64,000 nt of DNA, from positions 70,804,001 to 70,868,000 of the forward strand of contig NC_058373.1 in assembly GCF_018350175.1 (NCBI RefSeq). Direction: 5' to 3'. Shown here piece by piece: positions 12,054 through 25,306 of the stretch (its first letter is position 1; every line of letters starts with the position of its first letter). The notes below the pieces were generated by a model, which was given only the letters and a program-made list of their open reading frames with translations, was not told the origin of the DNA and did not search any database. Source of the DNA: Felis catus. Its lineage: Eukaryota. A program made the translations under genes and the position numbers.

Positions 12054-12274
12054 TTTTTTTAATTTTGTTTTAATCTTTATTTCCTTTTGAGAGAGAGAGA
12101 CAGAGACAGAGCATGAGCAGGGAAGAGGCAGAGAGAGTGGGAGACACAGAACCTGGAGCAAGTTCCAGGCTCTGAGCTGTCAGCACAGAACCTGATGCGG
12201 GGTTCAAACTCATTGCGAGATCATGACCTGAGCCGAAATCAGATGCTTAACCAACTGAGCCACCAGGTGCCCCT
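12054..12274 (-). mobile_element. Felid SINE about 220 bp past the OR4M1 stop codon
   Basis: Reverse-strand SINE body; diverged TSD (ACCATCA(C/T)TATAT). Confidence 0.92.
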
Positions 12275-12493
12275 ACACCATCATTATATCTTAATTTCTA
12301 ATGGTGATCTGCTGTAAGTTTCATGGAGGGTGTGAGTAAACTTATTATCTTATTTTCTTTGTTTTTTCAGTGAATTGAGGGAAAAAATCTGGTAGGAATT
12401 TAAGAACTCAGATGAAAAGCAGTATTATTACCACTGCAAATGCTTCCTACTTTAGGACGATGACCTTCAGAAAGATTCTAGAATATGCCACTT

Positions 12494-13435
12494 TCACTTC
12501 TCTTTACATAAAATATATCTGTTGACCAACTTCCTCATGGCTGTCTTTACTTCCTTATTTCGCAAGGTATAGATAATGGGATTAAGTAAAGGGAATATCA
12601 CAGTATGGAACACTGACACCACTTTATCTAGGGAAAAAGAGTCAAATGGGCGAGCATAAATGTAGATGGATGGCCCAAACATAAATACCACAATGGTGAT
12701 GTGGGAATAGCAGGTGGACATGGCCCGGCTGGTACTCTCATCTGAGCCTGAATGTTTCTTAAGCATGGCCAGGAGGAAGGCGTAGGACATTAAGAGAGCA
12801 ATGAAACATACCACAGAGATCAGACCACTGCTAAAAATCATCACTAATTCCTCCGGGAAGGTATTGGCACAGGCAATCCGGATAACCTGCGTGATGTCAC
12901 AGAAGTAACTGTCTAACTCATTGGGCCCACAGAACGGAAGTCGAACAATGAGAGCCACTTGTATTATAGAATGAATAAAGCCCCCCAACCAGGAGAGAAC
13001 CACCAGGATGCTGCAGAGACGTCGATTCATGATAGTAGCATAGTGGAGAGGACGGCAGATAGCAGCATAGCGGTCAAACGCCATTACTGTGAGCAGGAAC
13101 ATCTCTGAGGCTCCAACAAAGTGCAAGAAAAAGAGCTGTGCAATGCACCCACCAAAGGAAATTCTCTTCCTTTCCACAAAGAAGTCTATGAGCATTTTAG
13201 GGGCTGTGATGGAGGAGTACCAAATGTCAAGGAAGGCCAGATTAGCCAACAGGAAATACATGGGTGAGGTCAAATGAGGGTCAAGCCTGATTGTGCAAAT
13301 AATAAGAATATTTCCTGGAAGGATGAACAAATAGAAGGATAGAAATATAACAAATAGGACTAGTTGTACCTCTCGAGTCTGGGATAGGCCAGTGAGAACA
13401 AACTCTGTCACTCTTGTGTAATTTGCAGGTTCCAT
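12494..13435 (-). CDS. OR4M1: Olfactory receptor family 4 subfamily M member 1, intact 313 aa
   Basis: 7TM OR motifs [39 protein letters not shown]; N-glycosylation site NYT; near-identical to recalled human OR4M1 including RAMSTCYSH and the ILCKEK C-terminus. Confidence 0.95.
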   Translation of the reverse strand: MEPANYTRVTEFVLTGLSQTREVQLVLFVIFLSFYLFILPGNILIICTIRLDPHLTSPMYFLLANLAFLDIWYSSITAPKMLIDFFVERKRISFGGCIAQLFFLHFVGASEMFLLTVMAFDRYAAICRPLHYATIMNRRLCSILVVLSWLGGFIHSIIQVALIVRLPFCGPNELDSYFCDITQVIRIACANTFPEELVMIFSSGLISVVCFIALLMSYAFLLAMLKKHSGSDESTSRAMSTCYSHITIVVFMFGPSIYIYARPFDSFSLDKVVSVFHTVIFPLLNPIIYTLRNKEVKTAMRKLVNRYILCKEK

Positions 13436-13461
13436 TTCTTCACTTTTTAAAAATAATGTGG

Positions 13462-13485
13462 CTATAAAAAAAATAAAGAAATTGC
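13462..13485 (-). promoter_or_regulatory. Predicted splice acceptor upstream of the OR4M1 coding exon
   Basis: Minus strand reads TTTCTTTATTTTTTTTATAG|CCACATT, 26 nt before the ATG. Confidence 0.55.
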
Positions 13486-15874
13486 AATTACTCCAAATGG
13501 CATTATTTTACTGCTTTTGAAATCATCAGATTGGCCTCTGTCACTAAGAGACTGTATTAGGATACATCTGATTGTCCCATTTGATGTCTGATAAGCCAAA
13601 ATAGGGGAAAAGTAAGTGATGACCTGAAAATTAGAAACACTGAAATCATATGAAGTGTGTCACATATCAGAAACCAAAATCCCAATCTATTAATGTTATT
13701 AATTTCTATTTTTTGTGAAACTCGGCAGTGCACTAATTCTTTCCCCATGCATCTACCTTAGTAAGAAATATATGCAGCTACTTATAAGATAAGCCAAATT
13801 GTAGACTGGTAATAAGAAAAACAGCTGTTATTTCTAGATTTTTTTGTCGTTGTTGAGAAATATAGCCAACTTGGAAACTTGCTTGTCTAATATCGGGTAC
13901 ACTGATCTGGCAGTATTTTCTTTTTAATCTTTCAAAAAGATCCCAGGGCTTCATGTGTAATGAATGGACATTTCTTCTTTAACCAAAGCCTATACAGCTT
14001 AATCCTTGGTAATAGGTAAGTAGCCACAATATACAACAATGCAGGGCCATAGATGATAATTCTTTGGGCTGCGATCAGATCTCATTTCTGCACTGACCAT
14101 GCATTTTATTCACTGCCCCAGGAAGGTAGGAAAAAGATATAGAGATCTAAGAAATGGGTTTGCTTACTACCCAAGCTGACTCATTCTGCCATTTTAAGAT
14201 GACAGTGGGAATAAGATTATTGTTAAAATTTTGCTCAAGGCCTAGTCTTGAACCTACTACTATTAGATAAAACAAAACCCATTGAATAAAAATAATATAA
14301 TCATTCACTTTACCAAATATGCTTTCTCTTTTAGGTAATATAAACACTGCCCATCAAAGTAAGTATTTCTTATAGCCAACAAACAATATGAAAGAGTTGC
14401 TTCTGTTCTACTGATGTGCTGTTTTATAATATTGCCTCTCCTCAGGAGGTAAGCATAGAAAAACAAAGTTAAGATTCTATAAAACCAAGTGGATGAAACA
14501 GCATCCAGGCAATAAAGATTATGTATACTATTGACTGAAGTAATCCAGTGTTTCTTCCTTCGAAGCTACCCACTCAATTTGTGCATAATTTTAATGACCA
14601 TAGACATATGACTTTCAGAACTAATATGCTATAAAAGCAAGAAAATAATGCTAAAGAAGGATGGTTCACTATAAGCCAACACATGAGAAAATACCAGTAT
14701 TTGCCAGCAATCTGACACAAAAGGAAGAAAACAAAAACACTGAGAAAGTTCAGCATTGTGGGACTTTTTAGCAAAAGGATAAATATACCCACTCATGAAT
14801 AGCCCAAGGTGAGCCTTAATGAGTTAATTAATCACGTTTAGTAAGACAGTGAAATTTAAAATTCAGTTTGGAAAAATTTTAATCAAAAAAAAGATAATGC
14901 TGCCAATTTTCAATCCTCAACTTTCTTAAAAGCATGGTTATCCAGATTGACATATTTCCTAGGAATCCAGAAAGCAATGGTTTTACTATATTTACCTAGA
15001 GAGGGTGCCTGATAGCCTCCATAAAACATTACACATGATATTGAAAGCTCTATCCCAAAACATATAGCTTCTGTGTCACTTCTATAAATAACCCATTTGT
15101 TTATTCAACAACTATTTAGAGGATATCTACTATGTCTTAACTGCTGAGAATACAACAATGAACAAGAAGACTTGGTTTCTGACTCACTTAAACTTCCATT
15201 TTAGAAGATTGACAGAAAACTAATTAGTAAACAAGCAATAAGTAAATAAATGAATGATAAATAATCAAAACAAATAATTACCACTATTGATAAGAGACAA
15301 GAGTGAAGTAAAAAAGGGATTATGATAGAAAATAAATGGTAGTGGCACATGGTGGTGATGGTGATGGCTTTTTTAGAAGAGCATCTTTGAACTAGTGGCA
15401 TTTCAACCAATTGAAAGCAAGAGAAAAAGCATTCTAGGAATAGGGAAGAGCAAATGCAAAGGCCTTGTGATAGGGAAGGGTTTCTAGGAGCTATAGAAGA
15501 TCTGCAACTTACTGAAGCACAAAAACAGAATGGAGATAGCCAAAGGACCAAGTATTGTGTCTTATAAGAAGAAAATTATATTTTAATAGCTTCCAATATA
15601 TTTTAGAATAAAATCTAAAGAATAACTTAACAAGATTTGTGATTTAGAAATATTACCCTTGCCTCTTTGCAAATAAATTGAAGTAGGATTAGGTGTGGGT
15701 TAACCTACAGATACAGCAACAGCTACTAAGAGAAACGAAGTGTTTTCTTTAGAAAATACTTAGGAGATCCAATTGGCAGGATTTAATGTTGAATTGTATA
15801 ATGTCATTGTCCCACTACCAAAGTCAGTCAGAATTTGAGCACCATAATGGCAAACTATTAAAAAATGTATCTTT

Positions 15875-16113
15875 GGGGCGCCTGGGTGGCGCAGTCGGCT
15901 AAGCGTCCGACTTCAGCCAGGTCACGATCTTGCGGTCCGTGAGTTCGAGCCCCGCATCGGGCTCTGGGCTGATGGCTCCGAGCCTGGAGCCTGTTTTCGA
16001 TTCTGTGTCTCCCTCTCTCTCTGCCTCTCTCTCTGCCCCTCCCCCGTTCATGCTCTGTCTCTCTCTGTCCCAAAAATAAATAAACGTTGAAAAAAAATTT
16101 TAAAAAAATAATA
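15875..16113 (+). mobile_element. Young felid SINE (SINEC_Fc)
   Basis: Canonical head and body with CpGs retained; TSD AAAAAATGTATCTTT at 15860-15874 and 16114-16128. Confidence 0.95.
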
Positions 16114-16481
16114 AAAAAATGTATCTTTAAATCTTCTGTGTCAAAAATGAGGTTCATCCAGCACATTGAGGTTCTTAATAAAATTTGAGTGAATCTGCCA
16201 TAACTATTTAGGGATGCTCTGTCCACCCCCTAAGAAAAGCTTGGGATTGTGCCAATAGAGCCAGGAGCAAGGAATCATGTCTGTGGAAATTCTGCAGGGA
16301 GCGAAGCCACCTATGGAAACTGAGGTAGGGCATTTCCTTCCTAGGCTGCCATTTAGGAAATAACTATTCCAAGCCACTGCTTACTCTTAGAGCAGCTATG
16401 TTGCTTGGTCAAGTGGATTTTAATTCATCCTGCCTACACCTATGCCTCCTAAGTTTCTTGATACAAGCCCTCTCTTCTTTT

Positions 16482-16974
16482 TGTTCTCTTTTAATAAAAA
16501 TTGTATATATTTAAGGTGTACAACATGGCAATCTGATGTACATATTTATAGTGAAATGAGTCCTATTATCAAGTTAATTAATATAATCTCTTCACACAGG
16601 TACCTTTTTTTTTCAGTGACAAGAACACCTAAAAATTACTCTCTCAGCAAATTTTCAGTATTCAGTACAGAATTATTAATGATAGTCATCATTCTGTACA
16701 TGAGATCTCTAGACTTATTCATTCATTCTGCATAACTGCAAATTTGTTTTTGAGCAACGTCTCTCTATTTTCCCCCACCTCTCTGTCCCTGGTAACAACC
16801 ATTCTCCTCTCACATGGCTAAAGAAATTACGATATAATAATATATATAATTCTGTCTTTAAAAAAAAAGAGATCTAACATTTACAACAAGAATGAACTTG
16901 GAGGATGTTATGCTAAGTGAAATAAGCGAGACAAAGAAATACTGCATGAGTTTACTTATATGTGGATTCTAAAA
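16482..16974 (-). mobile_element. Older L1MA-type 3' fragment with 5' inversion
   Basis: 16482-16811 is the L1 3' end on the minus strand; 16812-16974 is the adjacent upstream L1 segment on the plus strand; 14/17 TSD at 16465-16481 and 16975-16991. Confidence 0.8.
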
Positions 16975-18824
16975 AAGCCTGCTCCTCTTTTAACAACATC
17001 TAGCGAATTCCCATTCTGTGCTTAATCTGTAGGGATAGAGTATCTAGAGGATGACTATGGGAGATACCTAGAAGTACAGACACTCTCCCTACAGGTGAAT
17101 GAACTGTGAACTCTCCTCAAGGGAAAAAATGCTTTGGGGAAAATTAAGAATCTGTGCAGAACTTCTTACCAACAATGCAGTGTGCATCCATGTATCTAGC
17201 CAAGCTCTCAGTAATCACATGAAGAATAGATATCTTGCCAATAGATACCTTGAGGAATTAGGGATGCTATCACATAGATCCTGAAATAGTAAAAGATGAA
17301 ACGACTCAAGAGATATGCAGTTACCTTCATACAAGAGGCATTTTTAAAACATTAACTATCATCTATGACCACTGTCAATTCTCTTTCCTTAGAAGAAGAT
17401 GTGAATGAAGAAGCCAGTGTCTTCCAGAGTAAAAGTCACTCATCCTAGCTCCTCCCAAAAACCAAAAACTCACAACCATAAGAACTGCTTTCAGACTCTG
17501 CTTCAATAACATCATGTAGAAGGAGTAAGTTGAAACTGAGAGGCTGGGAAAATGGAAGAAAAGGAAATGTATTGAAGGGGGAAAAAGGCTGTAAAAGAAA
17601 GAGGAGGTTATTAGTCAGGCATTTCTTCTGACGATGAAAACAGTCCATCTTTATGGGTCACGTTGCTACCAGTGAGTATTCATTTAAATGAAAAAGTAAA
17701 ACAGTTTTATAAAATAAATAAAAATGTTCATAAATAGGTTCAAGTGATGATTTATTGAAAATTCTTCCCCAGTACTTTCAATTTATTGAAAGTACTTCCC
17801 CAAAAGTACTTCAGCCTTCCAAACCCACTGATCATGGACAATGGTGAAGACTATGTAGGAGAGCTTTAGCCTTACTAAGCTAGGGGACCTTGAAAAATGG
17901 GGACTAAGGTCAAGTGAGAAAGGGAGGCTATAGGCAAGCACGGCAGGAAGGTACTAGATTTTTAGAAAATAGAGACATGTCGACTTTAATTTTAAAGAGT
18001 ACTCTACCTCAGTAAGATCCATGTTAAAGCAAATCATTAAGAAAAAAAGATATTTTTAGAATAGTAGGATAAGGAATCACAAAAACAAAGTCATTATTTG
18101 AAATCTTTTGTTTTGTCTTTATAACTCTTATATTACATACACATACAGACATATGTATTACATATTCCTTTAATTTCTCCAAAATATTTATAAAGAGGTG
18201 AATTTTACACAGTGTAGGATATTTATATGATGCATACTCCAATTTAAAGGGCATCTATAAAGAGCTCTGAACAAGAATTAAGAAACTTGGATTCCCATGA
18301 CAGCTTAGCCACCAAAATCTGTGTGACCTTAAAAAGGTCATTCAACTTCCCTCTACAGCAGCTTCTTCATAGCAACATGAGGGATTTCAACTAGAATTTT
18401 AATGAATAACCTACTGTACAATTCTCTGATTCTATGAAGATAAAATTAAGAACAATGTGGGTGACGATGTGGAGGGATAGTGATTTAATCACCATTGTAG
18501 ATATACACAGCACATAAAATACATAACTTAAATTCATTTTCCCTATTCCTAAGACATCGAGCTTACCTATCTTATTATGTAAGATAGGGAGGAGGTAAAA
18601 GCATCTTCACCACATTCAGGGGTATGTGGAGACCAGCCATCTTGAGTCTCACAAATAAATCAACAGCAGAGAATACTACAATGTAGTAATTATCTAGATT
18701 TCCTAGATATTTTGTTGCCCACAATAAACTAGGCAAGAAGAAAGCATTGGGATCTGAGAAGGGCTTATTTCAGTATGAGAGGATCATTTGCTGCTTGTGC
18801 ATTTCTCTTAAAATAGACAGATAT

Positions 18825-19020
18825 GTAGTGTGAGTGCCTTGGTTCTAATTGCAGCTGACCAGTTACTAACTATGTGATCTTGAACAACTCACTCACTTCT
18901 CTTCCTTAATGTGTCCATAAGTGCAATGGAGATAGTAATAGTACCAACTTCATAGTTTTTATTGTAGGGATTAATGAGCTAATGCATGTAAAGCTCAGAA
19001 AAATATAGTTCATACTTACT
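18825..19020. mobile_element. MIR element
   Basis: MIR core-like ACTATGTGATCTTGAACAACTCACTCACTTCTCT...AATGGAGATAGTAATAGTACC. Confidence 0.65.
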
Positions 19021-19562
19021 TAAATTACTATTAATGTCATTATTATGATAATGATGATGTTTATATTCCCTTTGCAAAGAATCAAGCTCAATAGAGAAAC
19101 TATTCTTCTTATATATAATTTCTAAAATATTGCCCTTTAATGTCTATTTGTATTTCTCTATCCCCAACTACTCTCCTTGGATCCAGAAGACTAAATTTGA
19201 GAAATAGCTTAGAGAAGAGTTCAAGAACATCTGACTTCTAAACACTACTATCTTCTCCTGTTTTCCCTAGACTCTAATCCTATGTGACTGTTGATAAATC
19301 ACTATTATTAAGTCCTCTGACTAGTCTCAGAGGCCTTTTTCCATAATGACTGAAATCTGTATGAATGATTTCTAACAAACACCAGAGAAATTTGGGCTTG
19401 CATAGTAATGCTCTATTCACATCTATTCACATCAGTTTATATTTTGGCCAAAATGCAACTGAAACTCTACGCCCCTTGAGGACATGAAGCATGTCTCATT
19501 TATATATCTATCTAGTGCCTAAGATAGCTTCTGCCCCACTACAGTCACTAAGATGTGGTTAT

Positions 19563-19610
19563 TGAATGAATGAATGAATGAATGAATGAATGAATGAATG
19601 AATGAATGAA
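19563..19610. repeat. (TGAA)n microsatellite
   Basis: About 12 TGAA units. Confidence 0.92.
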
Positions 19611-19762
19611 TTTATAAGTGAATAAAATAGATGACTTTATAGGAAAAAATGTCAAATACTTCTAAATCTAAATGTTTTATTAATCCATTTGGTGTTTTAT
19701 GACTCTGATTCATGATTCTTGATTTTATTTCCTGGAGTCCCCTTTTTTAAGATACCTATTCT

Positions 19763-20006
19763 GGGGCGCCTGGGTGGCGCAGTCGGTTAAGCGTCCGACT
19801 TCAGCCAGGTCACGATCTCGCGGTCCGGGAGTTCGAGCCCTGCGTCAGGCTCTGGGCTGATGGCTCAGAGCCTGGAGCCTGTTTCCGATTCTGTGTCTCC
19901 CTCTCTCTCTGCCCCTCCCCCGTTCATGCTCTGTCTCTCTCTGTCCCAAAAATAAATAAACGTTGAAAAAAAAATTAAAAAAAAATAAAAATAAAATAAA
20001 ATAAAA
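19763..20006 (+). mobile_element. Young felid SINE (SINEC_Fc)
   Basis: Canonical sequence; TSD AAGATACCTATTCT at 19749-19762 and 20007-20020. Confidence 0.95.
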
Positions 20007-21301
20007 AAGATACCTATTCTACCCATATTAATTTCAAATGAAAGCCTGCTTTTAAGGGTTTTTTTCTATTTTCACTTACAGAGTTATCATGACTACCAAC
20101 TCCAGTCCCTTCAAAATGAAACATGTCAGGCCCTATCTCCCCCATATTCACAGAAATCATCCTGAAGAACTATCATAAGTGAGGTTTTTCCTAACTTCAT
20201 TTCAGGAGTGACAGGATTCAAAATTTTGGAAGGTCCTTTTAATGGTTTGGTACTTACTGAAGATCCATAAGACAGAAAAACCTCCTCTGATTGAGACTGT
20301 TTAAGAATGTCTCATCCTGCAAGTATGAGATGATGAAGTCATCTTCTAAATGTCCAGTTCAGAGTTGGGTTTAAAAATACCTGTGGACATGAAACAAAAG
20401 AAGAAATAGTTTGTCCACCATGGTTAAGGCCGGCTGTATATGATCACCATGTTTCCCTAACACCTTTCCTTACTAGAAGCTTCTGCTTCTTACCACTATT
20501 CTTTGAGTATTTTACATAATCATTCTTATTATTATATCTACCTCATAGTTTCAAAAAATAGAGTGGTTTATGTAAATATTCTAACACCATTATTCCACCT
20601 ACCAGTTTCTAGTGACAGTCTTGGTGTAGTCAAGGACTATAGAGGGGGTAGAGGTGCCTCTTCCCCCATCCACAACAGAAAGCTTTGTTTCTATATTTTG
20701 GTATATATCAGTTCCTTCCCTGATGTAACAATGAGCTAACTAGCATCATGGATTTTGACTAAGAAAATCAATTCTCTGGAGGCCAGGGCCAGCCAGTTAG
20801 GAATCAAAACACTGAGGGAATAATTTAAAAGTTGATGTGTTCTTCATCCAAGGAACAGAGAATCACAATATCTGAATTTTCCAGAATAAGTAAGGAAAAT
20901 GGCTCACTTCCCTAAGTTATAACTACAAAATGTTATGATGTGGGATATGCTCTCTAAACTATGATGTGTAGTTCCAATTCACTTAGAGATGTTGGATCCT
21001 TAGGAAAATGGAGATCTATCAAAATCTAATACTGCCTGAATTACTTGAACAGTTTAGTGATGTTTGCAATAAAGATCTTAAGTAATAACTCCTTAAAATC
21101 TCTAACTTTTATTCAATGTCTTCTTCACGTGCTTAGCTACTATATGTCAATCATGGTAGTAGGCACCAGGCATATAATGATGAGCAAGAGAGTAACTGTC
21201 CCTATTTCCCTAAATCAACCTATAAATGATTGTCCACCTATGAATACACAAACACTTGCCTATACCTCTCATCTAGAAATGTTCTCTGAAAACTTTAGGT
21301 A

Positions 21302-21490
21302 NNNNNNNNNNNNNNNNNNNNNNNNNNNNNNNNNNNNNNNNNNNNNNNNNNNNNNNNNNNNNNNNNNNNNNNNNNNNNNNNNNNNNNNNNNNNNNNNNNN
21401 NNNNNNNNNNNNNNNNNNNNNNNNNNNNNNNNNNNNNNNNNNNNNNNNNNNNNNNNNNNNNNNNNNNNNNNNNNNNNNNNNNNNNNNNNN
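21302..21490. other. Assembly gap (first of seven N-runs)
   Basis: N-runs at 21302-21490, 21806-21998, 22548-22836, 23573-23742, 37837-38100, 49924-50086 and 59107-59242; most lie inside or abut L1/SINE sequence. Confidence 0.98.
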
Positions 21491-21609
21491 TTAGGTTCTA
21501 TCTCAATTTTATTCTATCAGCTTGATCTCCATCTCTTATCTTTCAGATATTTTTCCTCCTAAAATTATCTTTATATTAAACTGTTTGTAAAGTAAGGATG
21601 ACTGAGTTA

Positions 21610-23572
21610 CCTTTAGTAAAGTTGCAGGATACAAAGTTAATATGAAGAAATTGGTTTCATTTATGTACACTAATAACAAATACCAGAAAGAGAAGCTTAA
21701 AAATTATCCCACTTACAACCATGCCAAAAAGAATAAAATATCTAGAAATAAACTTAACCAAAGCTGTTAAACAACTATACTCTGAAAATTATAAAACACT
21801 TATCANNNNNNNNNNNNNNNNNNNNNNNNNNNNNNNNNNNNNNNNNNNNNNNNNNNNNNNNNNNNNNNNNNNNNNNNNNNNNNNNNNNNNNNNNNNNNNN
21901 NNNNNNNNNNNNNNNNNNNNNNNNNNNNNNNNNNNNNNNNNNNNNNNNNNNNNNNNNNNNNNNNNNNNNNNNNNNNNNNNNNNNNNNNNNNNNNNNNNGA
22001 ATAGCTAAATAAATCTTGAGAAAGGAAAACAAAGCTAGAAGTATCACAATGCCATATGTAACTATGTACTATAAAGTGACAATAATTAAAAACAGTATGG
22101 TACTGGAACAAAAGTAGACACATAGATCAATGGAACAAGATAGAGAGCCCAGAAATAAACTCACATTTATACAATTAATCCATGACAAAGGAGGCAAGAG
22201 TGTACAATGAGGAAAAGACTGTCTCTTCAACAAATGGTGCTGGGAAGACTGGACAGGTACATGCATAAGAATGAAACTGGACCACTTTCTTATACCATAC
22301 ATAAAAATAAATTCAATATGGGTAAAAACTTAAATGTGACACCCCAAATCATAAAACTCCTGAAAAGAACATAGGCAGTAATTTCTTTGACATCAGCCAC
22401 AGCAATATTTTTCAAGATATGTCTCCTCAGGCAAGAGAAACAAAAGCAAAAATAAACTGTTAGGACTACATCAAAATAAAAAGTTTCTACACAGCAAAGG
22501 AAACAGCCAATAAAGCATAAAGGCAACCTACTGAATGGAAGACAATANNNNNNNNNNNNNNNNNNNNNNNNNNNNNNNNNNNNNNNNNNNNNNNNNNNNN
22601 NNNNNNNNNNNNNNNNNNNNNNNNNNNNNNNNNNNNNNNNNNNNNNNNNNNNNNNNNNNNNNNNNNNNNNNNNNNNNNNNNNNNNNNNNNNNNNNNNNNN
22701 NNNNNNNNNNNNNNNNNNNNNNNNNNNNNNNNNNNNNNNNNNNNNNNNNNNNNNNNNNNNNNNNNNNNNNNNNNNNNNNNNNNNNNNNNNNNNNNNNNNN
22801 NNNNNNNNNNNNNNNNNNNNNNNNNNNNNNNNNNNNTGGAGAAAAAGGAAACTTTATGCATTGTTGGTAGAAATGTAAATTGGTGCAACCACTACGGAAA
22901 ACAACATGGATGTAACAAAAAACTAAAAACAGAAATACCATATGGTCCAGTAATTCTGATACTGATATCTGATACTGGATATCAAAAGGATATATGCACC
23001 TGTATATTTATTGCAGTATTATATCCAATAGCTAAGATATGGAAGCAACCCAAGTGCCCACAGATAGATGAATGGATAAAAAAAAAAAGGATGTAGTATA
23101 TAGCTACAATAGAATACTATTCAGCCATAAAAAAAGAATGAGATCTTGCCATTTGTAACAACATGTATGGATTTAGAGGGTATTATGCTAAGTGAAATAA
23201 GACAGGGAAAGACAAATGCCATATGATATTACTTACATGTGGAATCTAAAAAACTAAACAAACAAACAAACAAACAGAAACAGACCCATAAATACAGGGA
23301 ACAAACTAATTGGTTTCCAAAAGGAAGGAAGTTTTGGGGATTGGCAAAATAAGTTAAAGGGATTGGGAGATACAGGTTTCCAGTTATGGAATATATAAAT
23401 CACAGGGATAAAAGATACAGCATAGGGAATATAGTTAATGGTATTGTAATAGTGTAAAATGACAGACAATAGCTATGCCAGTGAAGAGCATAGCATAATG
23501 TATAGACTTATTGAATCACTATGGTGCAAATGTGAAACTAATGTGACATTGTGTGTCAATCAGATTTCAATT
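21610..23572 (+). mobile_element. 5'-truncated L1MA-type element (ORF2 3' half plus 3'UTR), gapped
   Basis: MPKRIKYLEINLTKAVKQLYSENYKTL and later ORF2/3'UTR pieces separated by N-gaps. Confidence 0.88.
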
Positions 23573-23742
23573 NNNNNNNNNNNNNNNNNNNNNNNNNNNN
23601 NNNNNNNNNNNNNNNNNNNNNNNNNNNNNNNNNNNNNNNNNNNNNNNNNNNNNNNNNNNNNNNNNNNNNNNNNNNNNNNNNNNNNNNNNNNNNNNNNNNN
23701 NNNNNNNNNNNNNNNNNNNNNNNNNNNNNNNNNNNNNNNNNN

Positions 23743-24070
23743 GGAAAGGGAAAGATGAAAAGGCAGAGCACAGAGGATTTTTAGGGCAGTGAAACTACTC
23801 TGTATAATAATCTACTGATGGATACATATCATTATACATTTTTCCAAGCCCACGAAATATGCAACAGTAAGCGTAAATCATAATGTAAACTAGACTTCGG
23901 ATGATTATGATATGCTCTAACAAATATATCACTCTGTTGGGGAACACTGATAATGAGGGGAGTTATGCATGTGTTGGGGCAGGAAGTATATGAGAAATCC
24001 TAGTACCTTTCCTTTAATTTTTCTGTGAACCCAAAAACTGCTCTAGGAAAATTTAGTCTTAATTTTTAAA
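23743..24070 (+). mobile_element. L1MB/MC-type 3'UTR fragment
   Basis: GCAGAGCACAGAGGATTTTTAGGGCAGTGAAACTACTCTGTAT is typical of old L1 3' ends. Confidence 0.75.
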
Positions 24071-25072
24071 AAATCAGGAGAAAGAAAATCTCTGTCCTTT
24101 CAGGTGTCTGTATCTACTCTCTGCCATTGCCTTCAGGCACAAAGGTATTAACAGCTCTCCTGCTCCTTACCCTTGGTTATATGCTGTCCCATGTGACTCC
24201 TCCATATCTACAATTTTATAGACAGTCCCCCTGTGAATTTCTCTTTGTGAATTATCCTATCTTGAGTGTGTCATCAGCTTTCTGATAAGAGTCCTAAATG
24301 ATACAGTTTTCGATAAATGTGCCCTTAAACCCATCAACTTGCTCCATCCTATTGCCTATACCTTTATAATTAAGATGCTCCATCATCATCTTAAATAATA
24401 TAAATTCCCACTCTCTCTCTGTTTTCCAAAGCCTCCCTTCCTGGGGCTTCTATCCTTCTGCTTTCATCCATTTCTACTGCCCCCTATGCCTGCTTCACAG
24501 CTCTCATCTTAAAAGTGCTTTTGGCCACCCCTGCATTGATTTCTTGAGCCTATCTCCTCTTAGTTGTTTTTCCTGGGACACATCCTCCCATACTTTCAAA
24601 GAAAGTGTACTTATAGAGTAAATTTTATAAATCTTTCCATGACTGAAAATGTGTTATTCTACATTCACACCGGATTGATGGTTTTGTTCTATATAGAATT
24701 CTTGCCTGAGAATCAGTTTCAGTCACTTTTCCACTGTATTGAAGGGACCAGTGTTGTTATTGAATACTCTAGTGCCTTTTGGATTTTGCATACTTTTTTG
24801 TGGCCTGTATTTTTTCCTCTCTCAATAATTTTATGATCTTATCAATCTCTAGGGTAATAAAATTTCATAATAATGTGCCTTAGTTACTGTTTTCTCATCA
24901 CTAGGGTAGGCACTCAGTACATCTTTTGTATCTGCAGACTTAAACCCTCCTGCTCTGAGTTTTCTTTTCATTGTTTCTTTTAAATTCTTCCCCTCTGTCT
25001 TCTCTGTTCTCCTGGGACAAATATGAGTTAAGTGTTTTACCTCTTGACTTGAATTTTCATATTCAGTTGTTT

Positions 25073-25218
25073 GGAGGTGACTGGATGGCTCAGTTGGTTA
25101 AGCATCCAGGTCAGGTCATGATCTCACAGTTTGTGAGATCGTGTCCCAAGTTGGGCTCTCTGCTGACAGTGCAGAGCCTGCTTTGGATTCTCTCTCTCTC
25201 CCTGCCTCTGCTCCCTCC

Positions 25219-25276
<58 letters not shown>

Positions 25277-25306
25277 AAACAAATAAATAAACATTAAAAC
25301 AAAAAG
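25073..25306 (+). mobile_element. Carnivore SINE with long (CT)n
   Basis: Diverged head GGATGGCTCAGTTGGTTAAG, (CT)n, AATAAA tail. Confidence 0.88.
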
